From: the human T2T-CHM13v2.0 reference genome, Homo sapiens
DNA length: 64,000 nucleotides
Strand: one strand, 5' to 3'
NCBI RefSeq assembly: GCF_009914755.1
Contig: NC_060927.1
How positions within the stretch are numbered: the stretch's first letter is position 1; every line of letters begins with the position of its first letter. Shown one piece after another: positions 11,546 to 25,953 of this stretch. The translations under genes and the position numbers were made by a program. The notes beneath the pieces are model-generated. The model saw only the letters and a list, made by a program, of their open reading frames with translations. It had not been told where the DNA came from and made no database searches.

Positions 11546-14500
11546 TCAATAAACATTTATGGAAAAAGAAAGAAATGAAGGGAGGAAGGCAGGGGGAAAA
11601 ATGTAAGAACTTTATATTGGATTTCATCCTAAATTGAGTATGAAGGGAGGCAATTTAATCTAGTTCTTAAAAGCCACCTTTAGTTTACTTCCAAAAGAGA
11701 GTACCTTTTGTGGGAAATTGCATGTTTTTTAACAGTCTTTATTTTGGATTGGAGACAGTAAGAATAGCATATTCTACAATTGTTACATGTGAGTAAAATC
11801 TAGAAATCATGTCTACTTGCCTGTACCTGAATTGAATATTGGCAAATCTATGAAAGGAATTTAGCACCTACCAGGCTACTCAGCATAAGTTGTGAAAAAA
11901 ATGTATATTTTCAAAGGAAAGAAAAAAAAGTTTCAGTTAAGAATCATTGTAGAACTTTTCAGGACCACAAAAAGGAAAATATCATTTGATTTTGAATGGG
12001 GCCATGTTTTGATATTGATATATACATTCTTTAAAAATGCCTTCAAAATTTTCCAGTTCCTTCTCAATCCTGTTTTCCTCAGCTCTAACTCTCCTAATTA
12101 CTTCCAACACATGGTTCATTCCTGACAATGGGCATGAATATCTTTGTTGAGGTTGAGGAAATTATAGACAGAAATATTATTTAGACTGCCGCCAAAATGT
12201 CTTACAACATCAAGTAAATGCCCAGCCTGCAACCCTTTAACAGACTCAGGATATTCTGAGAGGATTTGCCAACTAGATTTGCTAGGTTTCTTATTACTTA
12301 ATAAGAAAAGGCTGTTCTTGGGAACCTGGCATGCCCACCTGATTACTACCATTGAACAAAACAGCACCATCAGAAGTCATATGTATGTTTTGGTTTTAAA
12401 TGACAGGCTTTGCTATCTTAATCTTTATGAAATTAAAAGTAATGAAAATGACGACCAATCTCAAACATGCCTATATTCTAACACGAGCAAAGCTTTATCA
12501 TTTTTCCATCTGATTTATATGTATCACTATATCTCTTAAAAATTTTGTTACACTTTTTTTCTTCTTTTCTTAAGTATAAAAACTAAACAGACTTTGCTTC
12601 TTCCACATTTTCCATTTGAATCAAAGTCATGGCTGGCATTTCATCACTTGTCTTAAATGCCTCATACTCTCCTCACAGGCATTTGATTGCAAGAGTGCTC
12701 AAACTGACATAAACATTCAGACTTCAGGGAGAAAAGCTTGAGAACTGAGAACAGAAGATTGGATTATTAGTGCTTTCTTTCAGCCTTGACAGTGCCACTT
12801 TTGATGAAGGTTGGAAAATTCCTGGCTAAACTTCTTTGTGACTCATTTTGATTAAGCCAGAGCATTTTCATAGTGAAATGTTTATACATCAACTAGAGAC
12901 AGAAAAACTGCTCTTTAAACTGTAAACTTAAATAGAAAATGATAGTAGCAAGAATGTTCACTCACAATTCTAGGAGATAAAGCAAATATTTGAGGGTGTG
13001 ATTTTCTTGCTCTTACAGTCACTTAAAAAATAAAGAAACTCAAATTCTCATTGAAATAATAGCAATTCATGTGAGGTTTTTTGCCCTGCTGTAGAAAGCT
13101 AGAATTAGAGGCAAATGTACTTGTCTCTTAGAAATTTGGAAACCAGAACTGCTAGTGGATTTAATGAGGGTATTTCTACTAATTTGAGCCAGAATTATGA
13201 CAAGTGCTTTTTAATTTAAGTTACTCAGCAGGACTGCTGTATCATACTGACGATGTGAAGGGCTTATGTTCCAGTCATAAAAATTGGCTAAAATCTTTAA
13301 GTTGCCAAATAACTCAGCCTCAGAGGGACCATGCTGCTTTGAAAGATAGCCATGTGGGGATTTTGAAGTGTCAAAAATGAATGAGAAGTAACTTAAAGAA
13401 GCTAGCTGGTTTGGTATATGTACCATTTTATCCTTATTTTTATCTAGTTACTAGACAATTTGATTGGCATTCCTAAAGTGCAAAATGCTTTCAATAATGA
13501 GATTTTAAAATTAGCTGCTGAGTATGTTTACAGCCTTTTGATAGTGTCAGCGTATGACAAAGGTGAGTTCTGAGAGGATGAGCCAAGTTTTGAAGCCCAG
13601 GGGACTCAGAGCCTGGGCTATTACCCTTTGGCTTTCCCATTATTTTTCTGCACGAATCCCCCGTTGACCTTGAATGAGACACACCTGAAATGTACTGAGG
13701 AGAAAGAGATGAGAACTGGTCAGCTGAATACTAATTTGCTCTCTGCCACTTATTACCTCCGGCTTTTTGGCTATTACCACTAACGCTCAATTGTGATGCT
13801 CTCTTTCTTGAATCAGTGCTCTCCATGTGGAGGCCCTATGAATGAATTCCTTAATTTTTCAACATCAGTGCAAAAGAGATGAAGAGAGGCAGATAATTAT
13901 TTGAAGCTTCTACAGGGCAATGTACTATGCAGTATGTCTATTAACTAGAGATTGCAACCAGAAGAGTAAATGATACCCATGCTTATATACATAGTTATCA
14001 TTATTTATGAATATAGACTTGGGCTGCAGTAGCAGTTTAATGGATTCAGAGACATTTATTAAATTGGTTTCATGTATTTTTCTGGCCATGAGCTTAAATA
14101 ATTATATTTCTTAAAGGATTTGCACAAACTGAAAATGATTTGCAGTTGTATTAATGGAAAGAAGTAAATTGAAGACATCCAGATGAAGATTTTAGCTTAA
14201 GAAAGTGTTTGATGTTTATACTCTAAGAGTTTAGGGTGCAATTGAGTGCACCCTAATGAGTTAAGAGTTAAGTTCTTTGTGTGCTTTTTGTTTGGTTTGG
14301 CTTCTTAGAATTGATTTTTAAATTTTTAAAGGAAATACTACTATGGTAATATTTTTGTGTTCTTTGCTGATCATTTTAGTAAATACTTTTGTAAAAAACT
14401 AAAGTGTACAAATATTCATGCAAGTTAATATCAGACAGCCATGTTAAATAATTGGAAAATTTTGGTTTTATATTTTCACTGTTTTTAAACACTAATGTTG

Positions 14501-15624
14501 GTTGTGGCATGATTATGATGTTTAATTACCTCATGATATCAATCACTATTGTACCTATTACTTAAATTATTATACCACTAATGCAGACACCCTCACTTAA
14601 ATAACTATAACAGTATCTAATAGATTGTCTCAAATGGATGTCAGATGATCTGAAGAGACAGAACATGGCTATATAAATCTTAGGTGAGGTAGTGTGTGTG
14701 TTTGTCTGTGTGTGTGTGCGTGTGTGTATTTACGGGTATCTGTTGGTTTGTGTGTTTTTAAGAAGTAGGAAATTTTGTAAGTTTTGGAAGAAGTTGGAAC
14801 ACTCTATTTTGTCAATTCACTTCGGTAATCCCACAAGATCAAGGTGGAAGTCAATAAATCTTATCTCTGAGAGAAGAAATAGTAATGGTATTTTACAGCT
14901 AGGACACTGGAGCATTCTGGGATTAGCAAAACAAGGAAAGACTGGAGAAAAAGATATTGCAAGGATCTGTCTGTCCCAAGAAATCAGGAAGCTCATCTTG
15001 GGGAAGAGAGAATAAAATGCTTGGTGAAGAGGAACATTTTTGAATGCAATCTACATGGCACCATTCAAAGATCCATTATATCTTCGCCTGAAAGAAAGAA
15101 TGGGATTTATGTCTTTTTTATCATCCCTCTAATCTGTAAAATGAGATTTATCTTACTTAATGCAGAAGCTTTCACAATCTGAGACAACTAGTCTTTTTCT
15201 ATGTGGGCAAGAACACAGAGAGAAAAGCAACAAGATTGTTGTGGTGCAAGCTACACAGATGATAGAAGGGATGGAATTGGGAGAATAATAAATATAGAGT
15301 AGACCCAGACTCTTTCAGGAGAAAGGAGGATACCTGAGAGCCTTGAAGTTCGGGTGCTGTCACTGGATAATAATTTAGAGTCAATGTGAAATGAACTAAT
15401 ATCTCTAATTTTAATGATCTTTCTCTCTAATGCTTCCTGTTCCTTACCTCCTTAACGAAACATAATTTTAGTTGTTGTAACTTGAGGAGTAAAAGGTTAA
15501 AATTATTATTGCTGCTTTTCCAAATTTTCAGTGAACATTTCAAAATTTCCAACTGAGTATGTAAATATCAATTGACAAAAAGCATTTTTTGCTGCTGAAA
15601 TGATACAAATTTACATATAATTTT

Positions 15625-16150
15625 AAATTTTTCTTGCTTCATTGCACTGACTTAGAACCTTCACTAAAATGGTTAAAAATAATGAGAATGGGAAACCATG
15701 TTTTATTTCATATTTAAGTGAAATTACTTTAACATTTCATTATTAATTTTTTAAAATATGCCTTTTATTAAAGTCAAGAAAATTCTCACCTATTCTTAAT
15801 TTTAATGGATGTTGGAGTTTTTGCATCTAATATTTCTGCATCGAGTGAAATAATGTTATGATTTTTCTCAGTTTTTGTATTGACATAGATAAATTCATTG
15901 ATAGAGTTTTCTAATGTTAAGCAATTTCAAATTCCCATAATTCTATTTGTCAGAATTAAATATAAATAAGTATATTTTTTAGGTAATAAACTATAAGAAG
16001 TTTTTACATTTGTATTCATAAGTAGAGTTGGCTTATAATTTTCCATTCACATGGAAAGCTGTTTTCATACAGTTTGAATCTTTCATACTAGCCATGTAAA
16101 CTGGATTGGGTAGAATTCTTTATTTTTTTCTATATTTGGGAAATATTATA
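15625..16150 (-). mobile_element. Ancient L1M ORF2 fragment
   Basis: Degenerate antisense ORF2 sequence (TTCTTGCTTCATTGCACTG...TTTTATTAAAGTCAAGAAAATTCTCACCTATTCT...GAGTTGGCTTATAATTTTCC). Confidence 0.6.
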
Positions 16151-16339
16151 TCTAAGCAATGTTTATTTAAAGCAGTTAGCTGGAATTTTTTTAAATGTTG
16201 AAGATCTTTTTCTTTTAACTGAAATGGTTAAATGTAGGCAATTATCAGAATTAATATTAAATGTTTATAACAGAATTTATTTCTTCTATAGTTTGTGAAC
16301 ATTTTAAAAATTATCATTCTTTTTGGCTTTATTCTTCCT

Positions 16340-16612
16340 TTTTTTGTTTTGTATTTTTAATTGATATATCATGGTTATAAATATTTTTGGCATACCTGTG
16401 ATTATTTTGATGCAAGTATACAATGTGTTACAATGTGTAATGATCAATTCATGATAATTAGGATATCTATAATTTCAAATATGTATCTTTTCTTCGTATG
16501 GGGAACATTACAATTCTTCCAGCTATTTTCAAATATACAATAAATTATTGTTAACTGTCATTTTCTTACTGTACTATTGAATACTACAACTTATTCCTTC
16601 TAACTGTATTTC
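16340..16612 (-). mobile_element. L1MA 3' end fragment
   Basis: T-rich tail followed by AATTGATATA...AATGTGTAATGATCAA...CAGCTATTTTCAAATATACAATAAATTATTGTTAACT, typical of an L1MA 3' UTR. Confidence 0.78.
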
Positions 16613-17926
16613 CCTGTTTCTTGGCTTCTATTAAATAAATTGGATGTCCTATACTATCTTGTAAATATTCTATCCAATAGGTTGAAAGTTACATATTTTA
16701 ATCAGTATATTTAATTGTAGGTTTTGATTAAAACACAAAAATGAAATATGTAATATAATTGCAAAGAAAGGTGCTAGTATAATAATGCAGACGTTTAAAG
16801 GAATTGTCTAAAATATTGTTTCAGAACTTAAAAAAGAAAGCCTATGCTGAGATTTTTCAAGGCAAATGAGAAGAGGATTTATGAAGAAAATTTATTTGGC
16901 TAGGGTGCTGTGACTTCCACACCCACCCCCAAGAGAGAAGGGATAGGGATTTAGCTCTTAGCTTACATCCAGTGAAAGGGCTTCACCAAGACCATTACAT
17001 CTTGATCTCTTCCCTCTGCTTTACTAGGCAGAGGTAGTCCTCTGCCTTCTGTTTGGGAAAAGTAGAGCATGAGACAGGTGGGGGAGTCAGAGATCCAGTG
17101 GAAGAGGGAAGTCAAGTCCTTCTGGCAGTGAGTTAGGTCTGTGCTTTCAGTGCATTGGGGGAGGAGACATGAGCTTCCTTTGAATGAGATATAGGCTATG
17201 TGTGAGTGGACCTGGTGGAAGTGTTGTCATCAATGCTATCAGGTCTGATGGGAAGCATTAAGTCTCTCAAAAAGTGATTAAAATCAAGTCACTGGGTTCC
17301 TAGGGGCTTCCATGTCAAGGGCACTAGAAGTCAACAGTCCCCGAAGACTGGCGTCTCTATGGAAGCCACAGTTTCTTTATTCTCTTATATTGTCGCTTTT
17401 ATACCACATTATTTTTATATTTGACAATCCCTATTCTCTATTACTTTCCATATTTCTTTGGGAATCTTGGCAGATTCCTTCTCCCACATATAATTCAAAA
17501 TAATGTTAGCAAGTTCAAAAAAATCTCACTGAAACGTTGATTGAAGTTTTCTTAGATTGTATATTAACTTTTGGTATATTTACATTTTTACTTAGTGTTA
17601 GCACACAGGCTGTCTTTCCATTCATTTAGGTCTTGTTTTATGTGCTTCATATACATTTTTTTTTCTTATGGCTGCCTCACTTTTTTCATTTGTTGTAATT
17701 GAATTTATTTCCACATTCTGTTTAGCTACTGTTGTTCTTGCAATAGGATTTTCCACATGCAGCAATTTGGTAATGCATGCCCCAGGGAGGCAATTTTTAG
17801 AAAAAGTCTCTCAGGAAATTTAAGTTCAGATGTTCTTGGGGCACAGCCAAGAACAGGTGTGAGCCTCCTTTGAACAAGATGAATGAGGCATATGCTAAGC
17901 CATTGTAAGACCACAGGGCAACCTGT

Positions 17927-19450
17927 CATTTATTTCCTTCTCAAAGATTTACTGAATACTTATTATTATGTGCCAGGGACTTCTCTAGAAACTGAGATAC
18001 TGTAAGTACCCACGTTATATCTAGATATTGGAATACAGACAACAAGAACTACTAGAAAGAAAATCTTGGCTTTATTTAGCCTATATTTTAGCAAAAGAGA
18101 CCAATAATAGATGGTCTAAGTAAATTATGTACTGTGTCATATGGTGTTGAAGACTAAGGAGATAAAGAAAGCAGGGAAAGGAGATAGGAAGTAGTGGGAT
18201 GGGCTGAAGTTCCAGGTAGAATGCATCATCTACTGAAGAGAAGATCATCAAGAGACGGGTAAGTAAGAGAGGTGATAGAGAGTGAGACAGGTCATACAAT
18301 GAGTTTTAGATCCTAGCAATAATTTTTACTTTAAGTCCAAATAAGATGGAAAGCCATAGGAGAGTTTTCATCAGAGTAGTGAAATGATATGACCTTGGTT
18401 TAACTGCATTCTTTTGGTTCTGGGTTGAGGATAGATAAAAGAATAAGTAGCACCGACTCAGGTAAAAGATGAGAGTGGTGGAAAGTGGTAAGTTCTGGAT
18501 CTTCTTTGAAGGTAGAGTGGGAAAGATTGGCTGACTGGATTAGTGTGGGGTGTAAAAGAAACATAGAAGTCAAGAATGACATCAATGCTTTCAATCTAAA
18601 AATCTAGAAACATGGAGTTGCCATTAACTTAGGTGGTGAATACTGTGGAAGAAGCCAATTTGGGTCAGGAGCTCAGTTTTAGACATCCTATTTAAGGAAT
18701 ACCTGTTAGAAATCAAGTAGAGATAGTGATTTGGTGGTTGTTGAGTATGAAAGGTAGGGACCACAAAAGATGTCACAAATGTGGGAGCTATGAGAACACC
18801 GATGGTATTCAAAGCCATGAAATTGGAAAAGATCACCTAGCAAGTAAGCACTGATAGCACAGAGAAGAGAATCAAAGACTGAGCCTTGGAGCATTCTAAC
18901 ATTTAGCAGTGAGGAGGAAGAGGATGACTCAGTGAGAAGAGTCAGGTGCAGGGACCAGAAAGGTAGAAAAAAAAAAAAAAACAGCCAAATACGTTGTGAT
19001 TTAAGCTAAGTGAGGTAACTGCATCAAAAGGGGAGTTTTGCTGTAAATAATAAGAGAGAAATGGGACAGTAACTGGAGGAGGAAGAGGATAATGAAAGTC
19101 TTTTTGGAGACAGGTGAAATTACAACATGCTTTTGTCTGCTTCAAACAGTGAACCACAGGAGAAGAAAAGAATAAGCGGAGTGATGTATTGGAATGACCG
19201 AGAAAGAATGAGACGTAATTTACAAGTGAAAGGAATGGCCTTGACTAGGAGTGAAGATACACACAAAGAATATGGACATAGTTGCAAGCAGGTGGGCAGA
19301 TATTACAATAGGAGCTTGTAGAATTATTCTCTCAATTGCTTCAATTTTTTATTGAGAAAAGAACCAAGGTCATTAACTGAAAACAAAAATGGTGAAAGGT
19401 GTGCTGGAGATTTGCAGATAGAGAAAAATGACTGCAACAGTGACTTAGGA
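17927..19450 (-). mobile_element. L2 LINE (about 1.5 kb)
   Basis: Begins TCATTTATTTC...TTTACTGAATACTTA...ATGTGCCAGG. Contains GAAGGTAGAG...GATTGGCTGACTGGATT, GAGTTGCCATTAACT, TCAGGAGCTCAGTTTTAGACAT and GATGGTATTCAAAGCCATGAAATTGG. Confidence 0.85.
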
Positions 19451-19794
19451 GTCAGACTGTTTCAGCTCCAATCTGTGAATACTGTATGAAATATCACTGA
19501 TTGTCCACCCTTGAAATTATCTTCTCCTTCCTGTATTATGGTTTTGCAAATTTTAGCTTAACACATTATCTTCTGGAACATCTAGGCATTCTTTGTAGCT
19601 AGGTATGTCTCTTTTTCCAAGTGTAGCCAATGAGAATTAGGAAGAAGTGTTGTTTATAATTTCTGGGAAATTGTCTGACTAAGGAGAAGCTGTATGCTTT
19701 CTCTTTTCCTGCTTACTGTTGTACTATTGCTTGGATTGCAGATGTAATCCTTGATTGCCAGATATTTGAGTATACTAATTGGAGCACGAACTAA

Positions 19795-20200
19795 GAGATC
19801 TAGGTTTCTTAGAAAGCAGAGGCCTAGACAAACTTAGGTGCTAATTTATTATTCAGGGGAGTAAGAGTAAAAGGGAAAGTGAGGAGGAAAAGCAAATATA
19901 AATTTGTTTCTGATTCATCCACAGCTTAAGAAGAAAACACAGCTGGACCTACAATCGGGGAAAATCCATAACAGGCAAGACAAGAGCAATTTCTCTGCCA
20001 GCTTCTTGCTACCTGCTGTCTCTAATTGGCCAAACTTCTCACGGTGGAGTGCTCTCTCCTCCCCATGTCTAAGTTGTCTTGTCTGGCCCCTCCAGGCAGG
20101 CACTGGGAAGCCATAGCCTCAGTATGACAGGTTGAGTCACACATGGCAGTACAGCTGATGAGTGCCTGCTCCTCTGGGCATGATGGACACTCTGCCAGTG
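19795..20200 (-). mobile_element. Old ERVL-class LTR (LTR33/LTR16-like)
   Basis: TAGGTTTCTTAGAAAGCAGAG...TTTATT terminus pattern and an internal CTAATTGGCCAAA. Highly diverged. Confidence 0.4.
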
Positions 20201-20589
20201 TGTGGCCCTTATCCCAAGGCAGGCAGAGACAAGCAATAGTGGGAGAAGATAAGAAGATGGTGATGACCAGGGCTCTGCAATTGTGGGGACTTTGTGACTT
20301 GTTGCTGAGACCACTCTGTCCAGGAGCTAGGGCACAGAGCTATGGGCTCTTGTTCTTATTCTGGGGCTATCATCTAGGGAGATCATGAGGAAATTGTGTG
20401 TCTCCATTCCTTCATCTGTTTCAAGACAACATTTTATGAGGTTAGTAAAAATGACTGGAAATAATGTTCTGTCATTCTATTAATTCAAAGAAGTTTGAGC
20501 ACCTTCTGTGTTTACTTCCTCTCAGTTACATATTTATCTAACAGTGTATTGCTAAGAAATACTTCAGAACATATTCATGTAATAGCTGG

Positions 20590-20649
20590 ATTCTAGATTC
20601 TAGATTCTAATTTCTAGATTCTAATTCTAATCTAGATTCTAGATTCTAA
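20590..20649. repeat. Imperfect (ATTCTAG)n tandem repeat
   Basis: ATTCTAGATTCTAGATTCTAATTTCTAGATTCTAATTCTAATCTAGATTCTAGATTCTAA. Confidence 0.9.
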
Positions 20650-21431
20650 ACATGGAATATTCTTACTGCAATGGCAGTGAGTTGGGCAAATAATAAATAG
20701 TGCAAGTTCCTAAAACAAAGTGCTGCAGCACTGACAGAGAGACCATGATATTCTGTTGATTAAATTGACTTCAGTTTGGTCATCAAATAGGGCAAGAAAC
20801 TTTTAAAATATCCTGTTTTGTAATTAGTCAAAAAACATGACATGAAAAGCCTTCCTCTCTTGATCTTTATTCATGCTCTACGGTATTTTGAAAACTAAAA
20901 ATAAATAGCCAAACCAGTGGATTCTACACAGTTGAAGGTAGAAAAGGGAAGGAGGCAGTCTCACTTCTCCCCATAAAAAAAATGGTATGTGCCAAATGAG
21001 CAGCAAAGAGAATAAGAGGAATGGCTCAGGTCACCCAGGGCTGGGCTGAGAAAAAGAGGAGTAGAGCTTGAATGGGTCTTTCAGAAAGGACACATGTCAG
21101 ATAAGGTGGTGGGTTGATAGTGGCATTACAGAACTATTTAAAATCCTTTCAGTAGGGGGAAGAAGAAATCAATTAATCTGAGTCATGTGGTTTGGATGTT
21201 AAAGCCTGATATCCTGTCAGTGTTGCTATAGGCTCCCTGGAGAGATATTTTGGCTCTTGGCAAAGTGCTGTTGTTGACCTTACTGCCTGTAACATTCAAA
21301 GGCTTAGAACAAAAACTGACCAGAAAGAAAGTGAAAGGCTAACCAAGAGATTTGTAGGTCAGAACATAGCAAGTGTCTGTTATTCATGTTAATGGAATGG
21401 AAATATGACATAGATAATAAATAGTCATTGC

Positions 21432-21945
21432 TTTAGTTAGGACTAAGTTTGGTCACAAATGACAATAAACTCAAAATAAAAGGGGGTTAGTCACAATAGA
21501 AGTCTATTTTCCTCTCACATATATGTCCAGAGGGGAAGCCCAGGGGTGATATGAATATGATGGTCCATGATGTTATGGGAGCAGGCTTCATCTGTCTTGC
21601 TGCTTGCCATGCGTGGTCTCCATACCCAAGGATCACATGGTCTCACATGGCTGTTTCAACTCTAGCCATAAAAACTAGTTCTGACAATAAGAAAGAGAGC
21701 AAGAAAGGGATGGGCCATATCCCTGACCTTTAAAGATATTTCCAAGAAGATGTGACCTATTTATGTGTACATACCATTTCCAGAACTTCGTTATCTACAC
21801 ACACTTAGCTGAATGGTCAGACAGAAAGTGTAATTTTTGCGTGATGCTGCCAGATGCCCAGCTAAGATTTGGGGTTCCTATTACTGAGAAAGAAGGGAAC
21901 ACAATCTTGAAAGGACAACCAGCAGCCTCTGTCCCAATCATCTGA
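21432..21945 (-). mobile_element. MLT1J-like MaLR LTR
   Basis: TTAGTTAGGAC...TATTTTCCTCTCACATA...TGCCCAGCTAAGATTTGGGGTTCCTATTACTGAGAAAGAAGGG...GGACAACCAGCAGCCTCTG. Confidence 0.75.
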
Positions 21946-22799
21946 GCCACTAGCATTTGGTTTTCCAAACAATTTTATAATTTTGAGCAATATATTTGCA
22001 TTGTAATTTTTAAAACTTAATATCAATTTTTTTTATTTTGTTGTTCATTTAACCCACTTACTGAGCAGTACAGAATTAAAATTATAATTTCATATAGATA
22101 TTGACATTTCATTTCTTCTGTGAGCCTAAAAATCATGGATTTTCCATTCCTTCAGCAGTAGTCTCTCATTGTAGTGATGCCTAAGTTATGATTTTGAATG
22201 CGCAAAAGAAATAAAATTTATTTACCACTAGAGTCCTGCGTATTTCTAAATTACTGTCTTCTATTTTCTTAAGCATTTGTTTGCTCACTCAGTGAACATC
22301 TGTATATGTATGGTAATATGGGCTAGAGAAAGAAGGTAAGTAAGACATACTCCCTGCCTCAAGAATTCCATTTTCTTCAACAAGCATGAGATGCCTACAG
22401 TGTGCCAGGCACTGTGTTCACAGAGTACACAACAAGACCCTGATCTTTGAGGAGCTCTCCAGTGATGAGGAAGGCAGCTGCAAACAAAACCATAGAATTC
22501 CACAGGATAATCTTGGGTGCAATGGGATATATATGTATAGGGAGTCAAGAGTCAAATGGGGGAAATAACCTATTATGCAAATAAGTGCAGCTTATTAAAT
22601 ACCCTAATAAAATTATATGCTAAAGAAGAAGTATCCAATATTTTTAAAACATGATTTTTCTTTTTAAAAAATGTAGAGTTATCTTTTACTTTTACTTTTA
22701 CTTCTACCTCAGCTAGTTTTACAATTTTGATCTGTGGCCATTTTTTTTTTCTTGTTGACAATCCTTCATCCCTACTTTCATAAGTACAGCAGAGACCTC

Positions 22800-23301
22800 A
22801 TTACATTTTGAGGAACTGTCCTCCCACTTTCAGACCATGGGGAGGAGTGAGCTTGACCTGCTCCCCGTGCTAATTCTGAATTGGGCATGTGCCGCAGACT
22901 TTGATGAGTAAAGCCCATCCTCTTGACAAATGAGCCTGGTTGTGGGAATAAGCGCATCACCAGAGCCAAGCCAATGAGACTTAATTAAGGAACTTCATTG
23001 CACAATGTAGAAGGAGCAGCCACTGTTCTGCTAAACTAAGAGGCTCAGAAAAATTAAATCTGACTCTGCTGGGTGGTCACCTTCTGAAAAGAAGCTGACT
23101 AAGAGGGATGTGAACCAGCCACAGGCCGAGGAGAGTCAGAGACTGAATAGAAGCATGATTGAATTCCTGGACCTAGCCATGTTCAAAGCCAGTTCTAGCC
23201 CTATATTTTCACTTTTATTTCACAGGAAACTATTTTGGGGGGCTTAAGCCAATATCAATTGGGTTTCTGCATTTGCATATAAAAGAGTTCTGAAAAATAC
23301 A
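22800..23301 (+). mobile_element. MLT1K-like MaLR LTR
   Basis: AGCCAATGAGA...CCTGGACCTAGCCATG...GCTTAAGCCAA...TTGGGTTTCTGCATTTGCA...AGAGTTCTGAAAAATACA 3' terminus. Confidence 0.65.
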
Positions 23302-24599
23302 TAGAGTTGAAGAGAACATAATGAATGAAGTGGCCAACACCTGATATAGGGTTTAAGTGTTTATAATCATTCCTACTTCCACCCTCTACATAAAGGCTTC
23401 CCCAGCAATGTTCCTTGTAAATAGGCTTTTCTACAAAACTAATGATTTCATGAGAAATAGCTTGTTGAAGAGCATTGCTAATTATATCAATCTCTTGGGG
23501 CTACATTTTATTAAAATCACTGAGAAATCTTTCAGTAAGGAAACCGGCAATGGTGTTTAAAAACAGTGTCCCTCAATTTTATTTATTCATGGATACCACA
23601 TTTCCTAATAAGCTCCTATTTTGAAGAATATATTAATAGTTTTTAAAATCTTGCTATTCAATATCACCTGGAGGAAGATTGTAGGTCACAGGTTAGTGAT
23701 AATATTTAAATGCTTTGTGGTCTTTGAGTTTGGTTCCCAGATTGAGAAAATGGAAAAGAAATCTCTCATCATCACCTAGACAACCCCTTTCTTCATAAAG
23801 CCTAAGACTTGTTAATATATTTTGTTGAACTTTTGGAATGAATGTCATAGCTGTTCAGATTTTTGACATATTAAAGATGACTACTATTCTGGATGATGAA
23901 CATGTGGCTACATAAAGTCAGCTGGAAAGGTGCAGTTCATCACAGAATTGTCAAAGATTCCAGTCAGATTTTGGCTTAACTGTAATATCAGAGTGCCAAG
24001 CCACATTTGGAAAAGTAGCATCATTTCTTTTATTATTATTAGAGCAATTCCTACATTTAAAAACAATTTAACTTTTAATTTATTTCAGAAAAAGACTGAC
24101 ATAAGGTAGATAGAAGGGTATTTCGGAATTAAAACATTTATTCTCATTTATATTCTTTTTAGCAATTTCCTAAATATATGTAGCACTGAAAAAAGAAAGA
24201 AAACATAATAATTGTAATTAACTGTATCAGAAATCATATGATATGTGTTCTTTCATTTGACAGTGAATTATATATGAGATTTCAAATACAGTACAATATG
24301 AGATTTGCACTAAAAATCATCATGATAAAAAGATTACAATTGATATAGTATTTTCTTATAGCTCCATCATTACCAAATTCCTGGTCAAAGTCCTTTCGAA
24401 TCAGAGGTGTAATAAGTTATCAATTTTTAACTTCTTTTGGAAGCCATAGGAGCTCTATTATCAGTTTTTGAAATCAGTGTGGTACTCATATCCTTTCATT
24501 ACTTTTCCTCATTATTGAGGTCTACCCTGAGCTCTCTAAATAAACCTGAAATATCTTCCACCTGCTACATTCTCTGCGCCCTCCATTTCAGCTCTACAT

Positions 24600-24800
24600 T
24601 ATTCCAGTGGCACTCTCATCATTGTATAATATGCTAAATAACTTGTTTATTTTTACTTTTATAACTTTTTCCTAGAATACAAGTAATACAATGGCTTGGA
24701 CATTTGTTTGTTTTGTTCACAGCTATGTTCCCACTGTCTAGAACAGTTCCTAACTCACAAGCGTTAAGGAACACTTGAGGCATGAATGAATGAGTGAACA
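24600..24800 (+). mobile_element. L2 3' terminal fragment
   Basis: TTTGTTTGTTTTGTTCACAGCTATGTTCCCACTGTCTAGAACAGTTCCT...ATGAATGAATGA. Confidence 0.7.
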
Positions 24801-25109
24801 GAAAGCATTATATACATCTCTGTTCAACATTTCTTGTTCTCACAATTTCTAGAATAATCTGACACAACCATTATCTTGTACATCAATGCAATTATGCTTG
24901 TGGAATAATTTGAGGGGCCCATGAAGAGCTCCACCTGAAATTTCTTCTTCAGCAATGCTTAAACTATTAGTGATCTCCCCCTTCTTCTTTTCTTCTCTCT
25001 CTTTCTCCTCCTTCTTCTCTTTGTTTTTAATTAAACAATCATTTTTTTTCAGGGAGGTGAGGCATTGTCTGGTAAAATTAAAATACACTTTGGAAAGGTA
25101 ACAAACTCT

Positions 25110-25785
25110 ATGCCTCCCTGGATTACTGGTATAATGTTCTAAATGGCCTTCCGGCTTCTACTTTTAACCCTCTATAATCTTAGCCCAAAACCAGAACAAT
25201 CCTTTTAATATTGCAATAGATTGTGGATCTCCTGTGCTCACAAATCTCCCACAGCTCCTCACTTCCCTCATTTTAAAAGTCTGAGTCTATGCCATGCTCT
25301 ATGCAGCCCTGTGTGATCTGGCTCCTGTTACCTCTGACTTCATCTCCTGCTACATTTCTCCCTGTTCGCTGTGGGCCTCTTGCTGTCATTCAGACACTTT
25401 TTAGTATGTTAGTTTTGTCTGCTCTCCCCCTGCTCTTGCCCAGGTACCTTCATGGCTAATTCCTTGCTTCTTTCAAGATTTTATTTACATGCTTCATTTT
25501 CAGAGATCTACCCATGCTACCCTTTTTAAACCCCCATATGCTACTATGTAAGGCCCTTACTTTGTTCTACTTTTAAAATATTTTCTAAAGCATATGTCAA
25601 CTTTGAACATAATATATAATTTACTTGTTTCTGATATTTATCATTTGCTTTTGGTCTCCCCCTACCAAGGTGTGGATTCTGTGAGGGTGGAGATCTTTGT
25701 TAGTTGGGGTACAAATGTACTCTAAGTACCTAGAACAGCACTGAATACATAATACCTATTCAAATCACATTTGTAGAATGAAGAG
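25110..25785 (+). mobile_element. L2a 3' region
   Basis: GCCCTGTGTGATCTGGCTCCTGTTACCTCTGACTTCATCTCC...GTACCTAGAACAGCACTGAATACATAA...ATTTGTAGAATGAA. Confidence 0.78.
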
Positions 25786-25953
25786 ATATATAAAATTTCA
25801 TCTACAAAGGACAGGAAAATATTAACAAAGCACAGAAGCCTCAGATGCTTTACAAAGATGGGCAAAGGGTTAAAAAAATGTGTAAAGGATCTACATTGTT
25901 TCTAACCTATCAGCAGACTCTGAGGCCAATCTGGCTAGAAATTAATTTAGATC

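Noticed and set aside
16750-17360. Purine-rich segments (also about 7700-8450, 27290-27720, 31000-31500) that may be very old LTR relics
   Set aside because: I could not match them to a specific family or find termini or TSDs by eye; they need nhmmer against Dfam.
20590-20649. (ATTCTAG)n as a heat-shock element
   Set aside because: It lacks the alternating nGAAn/nTTCn pentamer phasing and is a simple 7-mer repeat.
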